Source: a virus (Duplodnaviria > Heunggongvirae > Uroviricota > Caudoviricetes). Taken from it: a stretch of DNA of 10,044 nucleotides. The position numbers were made by a program, and so were the translations under genes. How positions within the stretch are numbered: the stretch's first letter is position 1; the number at the start of each line of letters is the position of its first letter. Positions 1 to 6,623 of the stretch are shown in pieces. The stretch is from IMG/VR virus record IMGVR_UViG_3300029739_000183; one strand, written 5' to 3'. Under the pieces are notes generated by a model that saw only the letters and a list, made by a program, of their open reading frames with translations, made no database searches and was not told the DNA's origin.

Positions 1-91
1 AAGCAATGATTTTGATTCATTTATGAAATTCGCAGTGTAGTTTTGTGCAATTTTTCAAATTTGCTCATTTATAGTAGAAAGGAGAGGCTGT

Positions 92-784
92 TTGCAGCCA
101 GAAAAGAAAATGAAACGATTAGAAAATAGGGAATTATTTCAGGATTTTAACAGAACAATCGCATCTGTATTATTTGAGGAGAACACCTATCCGTGGGAAG
201 TTCTTCCAAAGATTCATGACTTCATTATGGAAGTAGGAATGCTTCTTTCCAAAGATGAGTATGAAGAAGTAAAAGAACATGTGTGGGTAGCAAAATCTGC
301 TATGGTTGCGCCAACAGCGTATATTAATGGCCCGGCAATTATTGGTCCGGATGCAGAGATTCGCCACTGTGCCTTTATCCGTGGCAACGCTATCGTAGGA
401 GAGGGAGCTGTAGTAGGTAATTCTACTGAACTTAAAAATGTTATTTTGTTTGATAAAGTACAGGTTCCTCATTATAATTATGTAGGAGATTCTATTCTCG
501 GTTATAAATCCCATATGGGAGCAGGCTCTATTACTTCTAATGTAAAGTCTGACAAAAAGTTAGTAGAGGTTCATTTAGATGATACAAAGATTGAGACACA
601 TATGAAGAAGATTGGAGCAATTCTTGGAGATTATGTAGAAGTTGGTTGTGGTTCTATATTAAATCCAGGAACTATCGTGGGAAGACACAGTAACATATAT
701 CCATTATCCAGCGTAAGAGGATATGTTGCTGGCCACTCCATCTATAAAAATAAAAACGAAGTAGTCCAGAAAGAAGAATATTAA
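92..784 (+). CDS. Hexapeptide-repeat (left-handed beta-helix) acyltransferase, GlmU C-terminal-like; no nucleotidyltransferase domain
   Basis: Hexapeptide repeats (AYINGPAIIGPDAEIRHCAFIRGNAIVGEGAVVGNSTELKN) and GlmU-like HYNYVGDSILG...GAGSITSN motif. RBS AGGAG at 80-84 precedes TTG 92; ATG 110 is an alternative start. Confidence 0.85.
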   Translation: MQPEKKMKRLENRELFQDFNRTIASVLFEENTYPWEVLPKIHDFIMEVGMLLSKDEYEEVKEHVWVAKSAMVAPTAYINGPAIIGPDAEIRHCAFIRGNAIVGEGAVVGNSTELKNVILFDKVQVPHYNYVGDSILGYKSHMGAGSITSNVKSDKKLVEVHLDDTKIETHMKKIGAILGDYVEVGCGSILNPGTIVGRHSNIYPLSSVRGYVAGHSIYKNKNEVVQKEEY

Positions 785-801
785 GAAAATCAGAGGACAT
801 C

Positions 802-1848
802 ATGAAAAGAGGAAGAAGAAGTAAATATGTAGTTCTTTTGATAAGTCTGGTATTGATATTTTCTCTTACCGGCTGTAAAGCTTCAAAGAAAAAGGTACTT
901 GAGTCAAGTTATTATAAAGAACTGCAAAAAGAAAATAAAAAGCTGAAAAAACAGAATAAGTCCCTGAAATCAAAAGTAGATGCAGAGAACGACATGACAG
1001 AGGATGAGCAAAGAGCCAGTGATTACCTTGAAAAGATATCTCGGGATCATCTTGTAAAACTTGAAGTGGGCTATGCTGACAACATGGATGGCAGTGAATT
1101 TATAGAGGAAGAAGCAGTATTTTCTTTAGCAACAATTATTGCGTCAAGAGCAGATAAAACAACAAAATATACGCCAGATGAGGTGAAGGAAAAGTACGGG
1201 CCAGGATACGAATATATCCTTTATGATGAAGATAATGCTATTTATGAAATCATGGTATATGGCGGTAATTACATTGTGTTTACTGATTTACCGAACAATG
1301 TTTATTATGCCTATAATGCTTCCGCTATCGGCGATGCATTTTTACATTTCAGAAATGGCTATCCAAACTCCAAACTATTCCATCGCTTAGCAGATGCACC
1401 TTTAATTATCAATGATAAAGGAAGATGCTATGAGAACGAGGTTGCTTCTTCTGTTGCAACCTATATTGACCAGATGAGTAAGAAAAAGTCGAATGAAGCC
1501 CGTGCAAAGAAAAAATGGGGCAAAAAAGCGGCAAAAAAAGTAAGTAAAGGCAGAACCTATACTTTTTACCATCATGGAAATACAATGAAGCTTGTGATAT
1601 ATGATGAATATTTCACTGTAACAAATATGAATGGCAAAACAATCTGGTATCATGCGGAAAAAGCGGCCATCGCAAAAATGAAGGACATTTTTAAAGAAGC
1701 TTATCAGAAACAGAAGGCAGAACAGACTGCCCAAAAGGAAACAGAAGTTTCTGGAAGTACGGCTCCTGATCAGACCGACAGCACTTCCGAATCAGATGCT
1801 TCAAGCACTCATCGTAATGAGATGGAGAGTGAAGGAACAACGGAATAG
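802..1848 (+). CDS. Putative lipoprotein of unknown function
   Basis: Basic N-terminus, hydrophobic stretch and lipobox LTGC. A Lys-rich coiled coil follows, and the C-terminal tail is acidic/Ser-Thr low complexity. RBS GAGGA just upstream; 17 bp gap from the previous gene suggests co-transcription. Confidence 0.8.
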   Translation: MKRGRRSKYVVLLISLVLIFSLTGCKASKKKVLESSYYKELQKENKKLKKQNKSLKSKVDAENDMTEDEQRASDYLEKISRDHLVKLEVGYADNMDGSEFIEEEAVFSLATIIASRADKTTKYTPDEVKEKYGPGYEYILYDEDNAIYEIMVYGGNYIVFTDLPNNVYYAYNASAIGDAFLHFRNGYPNSKLFHRLADAPLIINDKGRCYENEVASSVATYIDQMSKKKSNEARAKKKWGKKAAKKVSKGRTYTFYHHGNTMKLVIYDEYFTVTNMNGKTIWYHAEKAAIAKMKDIFKEAYQKQKAEQTAQKETEVSGSTAPDQTDSTSESDASSTHRNEMESEGTTE

Positions 1849-1898
1849 AACATATAAAACCACAAAAATACTGCTTTATTGAGAAAAAATTGAGAGAA

Positions 1899-1916
1899 TT
1901 GTGAAAGTTCTATCAA
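1899..1916. promoter_or_regulatory. Possible Rex-like operator
   Basis: TTGTGAA-AGTT-CTATCAA matches the 18-bp TTGTGAA-N4-TTCACAA layout, with a perfect left half and a degenerate right half. It lies upstream of a probable Fe-S/anaerobic operon. Confidence 0.35.
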
Positions 1917-2072
1917 AAATTCTGTCGAAAATTAAAAAAAAGTATGGACGAAAAGCAATTTTTGTGAGAAAATAATAAACTGTGAAGACAAACAAAAGTC
2001 TTGACTTAGGGATTACTTACGGAATGTAAGTTATTTTAGTAAAAATCAATTTATACCGAAAGGAGTAATAAC

Positions 2073-2777
2073 ATGATTATCTCACAAGAAGTACAGAACA
2101 TGTGCCCAGTGGCTCAGGGCGTACATCACGGAGCAGCTCCGATTCCAGAAGAAGCAAAATGGGTAAAAGCAAAAGAGGTTAAGGATATCTCTGGTTTTAC
2201 ACATGGTGTTGGCTGGTGTGCTCCACAGCAGGGTGCCTGCAAATTAACCTTAAACGTAAAAGAAGGTATAATTCAGGAGGCATTAGTTGAGACAATCGGA
2301 TGTTCCGGTATGACACATTCTGCAGCTATGGCATCTGAGATTCTTCCAGGTCTTACTGTTATGGAAGCATTAAATACTGACCTTGTATGTGATGCTATCA
2401 ATACAGCTATGCGTGAACTCTTCTTACAGATCGTTTATGGACGTTCTCAGTCTGCATTCTCTGAAGACGGACTTCAGATTGGTGCTGGACTTGAAGACCT
2501 TGGTAAAGGACTTCGTTCCCAGGTAGGTACTATGTACGGAACTCTTCAGAAAGGACCTCGTTACCTTGAAATGGCAGAAGGCTATGTAACAGGAATCGCT
2601 CTGGACGAAGACGACTTAATTATCGGTTACCAGTTTGTAAATCTTGGAAAAATGACAGATTTCATCAAAAAAGGTGATGATCCTAACACAGCATGGGAAA
2701 AAGCAGCAGGTCAGTATGGCCGTGTAGCTGACGCAGCTAAGATTATCGACCCTAGAACAGACAAGGTAATTGACTAA
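2073..2777 (+). CDS. NifU/IscU-like Fe-S scaffold-fold protein (GGGtGRT-associated type)
   Basis: Cys motifs GWCAPQQGACKLTLNVKEGII, ETIGCSGMTHS and LVCDAIN are spaced like the NifU N-terminal domain. Strong RBS AAAGGAG; sits directly before the GGGtGRT gene. Confidence 0.85.
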   Translation: MIISQEVQNMCPVAQGVHHGAAPIPEEAKWVKAKEVKDISGFTHGVGWCAPQQGACKLTLNVKEGIIQEALVETIGCSGMTHSAAMASEILPGLTVMEALNTDLVCDAINTAMRELFLQIVYGRSQSAFSEDGLQIGAGLEDLGKGLRSQVGTMYGTLQKGPRYLEMAEGYVTGIALDEDDLIIGYQFVNLGKMTDFIKKGDDPNTAWEKAAGQYGRVADAAKIIDPRTDKVID

Positions 2778-2795
2778 TTAAGGAGGTAGAGAAGA

Positions 2796-3806
2796 ATGGC
2801 TTTATTTGAATCATATGAAAGAAGAATTGATAAAATTAATTCCGTATTAAGCAGCTATGGAATCGCTTCCTTAGAAGAAGCAGAAAAAATCACAAAAGAT
2901 GCAGGCCTTGACGTATACGGCATGGTAAAAGGCATTCAGCCTATCTGCTTCGAAAACGCTTGCTGGGCATATACAGTAGGTGCAGCAATCGCCATCAAAA
3001 AAGGTGCAAGAAAAGCTTCTGAAGCAGCAGCAGCAATCGGTGAAGGACTTCAGGCTTTCTGTATCCCTGGTTCTGTAGCAGAGAACAGAAAAGTAGGTCT
3101 TGGACATGGTAACCTTGGAAAAATGCTTCTTGAAGAAGACACAGAATGTTTTGCTTTCTTAGCAGGACATGAGTCATTCGCAGCAGCAGAAGGTGCTATC
3201 GGTATCGCAGAAAAGGCTAACAAAGTTCGTCAGAAACCTTTACGTGTTATCTTAAACGGTCTTGGAAAAGACGCAGCACAGATTATTTCCCGTATCAACG
3301 GATTCACATTTGTTGAGACAGAATACGATCCATACACAAACACTGTAAAAGAAGTATTCCGTAAATCTTACTCTGACGGATTACGTGCAAAAGTTAACTG
3401 TTATGGTGCAAACGACGTTTGCGAAGGTGTTGCAATCATGTGGAAAGAAAATGTTGACGTTTCTATCACAGGTAACTCCACAAACCCAACTCGTTTCCAG
3501 CATCCAGTAGCAGGAACATACAAGAAAGAAAGATTAGAAGCAGGAAAGAAATACTTCTCCGTAGCTTCCGGTGGTGGTACAGGACGTACACTTCACCCAG
3601 ATAACATGGCAGCAGGTCCAGCTTCCTACGGTATGACAGATACAATGGGACGTATGCACTCTGATGCACAGTTCGCAGGATCTTCTTCCGTACCAGCTCA
3701 CGTTGAGATGATGGGACTTATCGGAATGGGTAACAACCCTATGGTTGGAGCTACAGTTGCTGTAGCTGTAAGCGTAGAAGAGGCTGCTAAAGCAGGTAAA
3801 TTCTAA
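2796..3806 (+). CDS. GGGtGRT family protein (function unknown)
   Basis: Signature SVASGGGTGRTLHPDNM, N-terminus MALFESYERRI, RBS AAGGAGG, strong codon bias (GCA, CGT, AAC, TTC, ATC). Confidence 0.95.
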   Translation: MALFESYERRIDKINSVLSSYGIASLEEAEKITKDAGLDVYGMVKGIQPICFENACWAYTVGAAIAIKKGARKASEAAAAIGEGLQAFCIPGSVAENRKVGLGHGNLGKMLLEEDTECFAFLAGHESFAAAEGAIGIAEKANKVRQKPLRVILNGLGKDAAQIISRINGFTFVETEYDPYTNTVKEVFRKSYSDGLRAKVNCYGANDVCEGVAIMWKENVDVSITGNSTNPTRFQHPVAGTYKKERLEAGKKYFSVASGGGTGRTLHPDNMAAGPASYGMTDTMGRMHSDAQFAGSSSVPAHVEMMGLIGMGNNPMVGATVAVAVSVEEAAKAGKF

Positions 3807-3856
3807 GAAAACCGCATAAATAAAGGTTTTTAAGAAGTAGTTAGTAGTAGTAAAAA

Positions 3857-3892
3857 GTAGGATAATGTGTGTTGTTCATACATTATTCCTAC
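3857..3892. terminator. Imperfect inverted repeat between convergent genes (possible terminator, or inverted protein-binding sites)
   Basis: GTAGGATAATGTGTG (3857-3871) pairs with CATACATTATTCCTAC (3877-3892) with one bulge and one G-U. There is no clean U-tract on the + strand. Confidence 0.4.
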
Positions 3893-3919
3893 ACTACTCC
3901 TACACTTCATTCCTACACT
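3887..3919 (+). repeat. Three perfect 9-bp direct repeats TCCTACACT, likely integrase arm-type binding sites
   Basis: Copies at 3887-3895, 3898-3906 and 3911-3919, ending 4 bp from the integrase stop codon. An inverted partial copy GTAGGA is at 3857-3862. Confidence 0.8.
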
Positions 3920-3923
3920 CATT

Positions 3924-5159
3924 TCATTTTATTTTCTCCATTTCATCTTTTAACCATTGTACAGTTCTATCAGTATATACTTTCTCCGTAACATCATAAA
4001 TCCTATGGCCAACTATGTATTTTATAGCATATTCATCTAAATTATATTTCTTAGCCATCGAGATAAATTGTTTTCTCGGATCATGCGCTCTATGCTTGGG
4101 ATTAAGTTTTAATCCATCTCTAATATTTTCAAAACGATGCCTGTATTTATCGTATGTCATTTTAATACCGCTTTTTCTTTGACCATCAGCGCAATTGATC
4201 AGGTACTTGCTATTTATATTTATAGCTTCATCATATCGTTTTTTAATCAACGGTCGTATTTTCGAATGAATAGGTACAAGACGATTCATACCAGCGTCTG
4301 TTTTCATACCCCCAGTAAACACCCAATTATTCAGGTCAACTCTATCAAGTTCGATTAATCCTAATTCCTGAGGTCGCCATCCAGAATAACATTGAATGAG
4401 AATGACATCTACATAAGGAATTTCATCAACATTCTTCCATAATATATTCATTTCTTCTTCAGTAAAAGAAATATGTCCTCGTTTCTCTTCTTCAACTTCT
4501 TTTAATATATTATCTGATATATTAAATGTTCTGGCATAGTTTTTCTCAACTAAGTCATTCTCGTTAGCATAATCAAACATTAAATTAAATATAGATTTTA
4601 TTTTACTTTTCATATTAGCACTAGCTTGTATTATTATTCCTTTCTCTTTTCTTGAAGCCTCGTTTATACACTTCTTTAAATGCTTAGCTCTTACATCGGT
4701 AACACGCATCTTATATAGAACTGAGCAATAATTCCATGCAGACTGAATATTTCGGGCATTCGATTTAGCTACGGTTTTTAAATATTCTTCAGACCATTTC
4801 TCATATAATTCAGCCATTGTCATAGATGATGTATTTAGATCATATGGGTTCTTGTTATATTCAACAAGGGCTTCATATGCTTCATTGTATGTCTTAAAAT
4901 AGGCGTTTGGCTTTAGAAGTTTCGATATAGGTTTACCTTCCGGAGTTTTACCGACAGTAACCATCGCTCGAAATCTGTTTCTTAAATTTCTATTTTTAAT
5001 TTCACTTATTTGTCCAAAACCATTCGGTAATTTAGGACGTCCTTTCTTTTTACGAGTATATTTTCCAACGGCATTTGGCTGCATAGGAAAACCACAATGT
5101 GGACATATTATAGCCTTGTCACTAACTTGTAAATCGCATTCTTTACATTTTATTAACAT
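3924..5159 (-). CDS. int: Tyrosine recombinase/integrase with N-terminal zinc ribbon
   Basis: Catalytic set is intact: SGWRPQEL (R), GMKT (K), HDPR (HxxR), IVGH (H), KVYT (Y). N-terminal CKEC...CPHC is followed by LPNGFGQI, an arm-binding-like segment. The start is placed at the second Met (5159) because the RBS AAAGGA overlaps the listed ATG 5168 and is 8 nt from ATG 5159. Confidence 0.93.
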   Translation of the reverse strand: MLIKCKECDLQVSDKAIICPHCGFPMQPNAVGKYTRKKKGRPKLPNGFGQISEIKNRNLRNRFRAMVTVGKTPEGKPISKLLKPNAYFKTYNEAYEALVEYNKNPYDLNTSSMTMAELYEKWSEEYLKTVAKSNARNIQSAWNYCSVLYKMRVTDVRAKHLKKCINEASRKEKGIIIQASANMKSKIKSIFNLMFDYANENDLVEKNYARTFNISDNILKEVEEEKRGHISFTEEEMNILWKNVDEIPYVDVILIQCYSGWRPQELGLIELDRVDLNNWVFTGGMKTDAGMNRLVPIHSKIRPLIKKRYDEAININSKYLINCADGQRKSGIKMTYDKYRHRFENIRDGLKLNPKHRAHDPRKQFISMAKKYNLDEYAIKYIVGHRIYDVTEKVYTDRTVQWLKDEMEKIK

Positions 5160-5538
5160 ACATATCATCCTTTCGGTCTATAGTTTTATTATTTTTCTGT
5201 TGACAAAAATGTAATGATTTTTATCACTATTTTTAGGATAATACTCCATAATTTCGTTCTATCTGATAATCTCATAACTATTATTTGCATAATTGTTTTT
5301 TTCAGAGGCAAAATGTGAGTTATTGCAAAATGGCATGTATGTAGATTGTTGCAAACTACACTTGGGGGCTCCCCCAACCCCCTGTGAAATCGACGTATGT
5401 GGCAAATTAGAACCTACATTTACCCCATTCGTTGATGATACAATTACCTACAAATGGATTTTGCAATTTTCTGTATTTTACTTCTGCAATAAACACATAA
5501 TCTTTTTGCTGTTTAGAAGTATCATCTCATAAAAATTA

Positions 5539-5600
5539 ATTAAAGACCGTCTAGGTGTTATTACTATACCACAGAACGGCATTCTTTAATATTCTTTTTT
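5539..5600. terminator. Long bulged hairpin with T-rich flanks on both strands (possible bidirectional terminator)
   Basis: ATTAAAGA/TCTTTAAT (5539-5546/5583-5590), CCGT/ACGG, CT/AG and GGTG/TACC pairings. T6 at 5595-5600 on +, A5 at 5531-5535. Confidence 0.5.
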
Positions 5601-5668
5601 AATATGATTGATTTCCTAAAGAATCGGGTTCTTTTCCTATCATGGATAAATAGAAAGACGAACGTAAA

Positions 5669-5779
5669 ATGTTAAAACAGTATTTTTTATACATCACGCG
5701 AAAAAAATGTAACGGATTATATCTTTGTGAAGTGCCAATTGGAATTGGAAAAAGTTATCAAGCGGCCCATGCCATGTAA
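5669..5779 (+). pseudogene. Truncated N-terminal remnant of an SF2 (DEAD/DEAH-like) helicase
   Basis: Manual translation: MLKQYFLYITRKKCNGLYLCEVPIGIGKSYQAAHAM*. GLYLCEVPIGIGKSY resembles hhhhxxPTGxGKS/T (motif I); the frame stops right after it. Confidence 0.55.
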
Positions 5780-5811
5780 GAATATAAAAAGTTCGTATCG
5801 ATGTGGACTTT

Positions 5812-6417
5812 TTATGTTACCTCGTTTAATTTTTTGTAATATCTCTTTAGATGTTTTTCCAATTTCTTATAATACATACTTCCTGTCTTTTTCCCCCAAG
5901 TAGAATTGATCTTTACATGGACTTCTTCTGGTGAAGAGGATTTTTTTATCATATCTTCCAATATTTTTAATATAGGGCTGTTCGCTTTTAATGAAAGCAA
6001 GCTTCCCAGGTGAGGCAACTGGATATTTTTTCTTTTTATAGAGATAGGGATAAGCGCTTCTTTTTTTAAAGGTTCACTTCGATATATCTTTATTCCTTTA
6101 TCTTTCCAAAATGACACGGCAGCATCAAAGCCTTTATCGTTTGTTAAAATGCAGTAAGAGGATTTTGAACCCACTCGTATTAAATATCCCAGATAAGAAC
6201 ACAGCTGGAAATCGAGAGCGTTTGCTGTTTTATTATGGCAATATATTGTCTGGATCTGGTTGATAAATGCTGCTAACTCTTCAATCTCATTACATGGAAT
6301 GGAAGGACTTTTGTCTGTATAAAACAAAAACACCCTATCGCTTTTTTTAATATTTTCTTTTAAATAAGGAATCCATTTTGTTCCCACATTTTCTGAATCG
6401 ACCATGTAATTTATCAT
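5812..6417 (-). CDS. PIN-domain (PIN7/NYN/LabA-like) putative ribonuclease
   Basis: Acidic active-site motifs YMVDSENV, NALDFQLCSYLGYL and ILTNDKGFD, plus a basic helical C-terminal extension. RBS AGGAG 8 nt upstream. Confidence 0.85.
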   Translation of the reverse strand: MINYMVDSENVGTKWIPYLKENIKKSDRVFLFYTDKSPSIPCNEIEELAAFINQIQTIYCHNKTANALDFQLCSYLGYLIRVGSKSSYCILTNDKGFDAAVSFWKDKGIKIYRSEPLKKEALIPISIKRKNIQLPHLGSLLSLKANSPILKILEDMIKKSSSPEEVHVKINSTWGKKTGSMYYKKLEKHLKRYYKKLNEVT

Positions 6418-6623
6418 AATGTATACTCCTTTTTTTAATCTGTCTAAAAATGCTTTTTCTTGTCATATATAAAAGTTTTCTTTTTTTTACTATATACTCT
6501 GAAGAAAAAAACTCATTTTTGTAAGAAAAAACGGAAATTGCAATAAACCTCCTGAGAATTTTTATTTTCGTACCTTTTCATATTAAAACTGTAAATATTT
6601 TTCAAAACAAGGAGGAATGTCAA

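Noticed and set aside
170..3669. Minus-strand ORFs 170-514, 1402-1734, 2871-3107, 2995-3177 and 3466-3669
   Set aside because: They are antisense shadows of well-supported genes, with Phe/Cys/Leu-rich composition and no recognisable motifs.
3836..3919. Repeats as a CRISPR or mini-array
   Set aside because: The units are 9 bp with 2-4 bp gaps. There are no spacer-length unique sequences and no cas genes.
4137..4358. 73-aa + strand ORF inside the integrase
   Set aside because: Antisense to an intact integrase, with no recognisable motif.
5189..5532. ORFs 5189-5377 (-) and 5293-5532 (+) as an excisionase or regulator
   Set aside because: No HTH-like pattern, no convincing RBS, mutually overlapping, and they run through the hairpin cluster.
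6430..6512. Homopolymer runs (e.g. T8 at 6481-6488) as phase-variation tracts
   Set aside because: Runs of this length are expected in a very AT-rich intergenic region and cannot be tied to a defined promoter spacer.
6538..6600. Sigma70 promoter for the 6624 operon from TTGCAA at 6538
   Set aside because: There is no acceptable -10 hexamer at 16-18 bp spacing, so the promoter position cannot be called.
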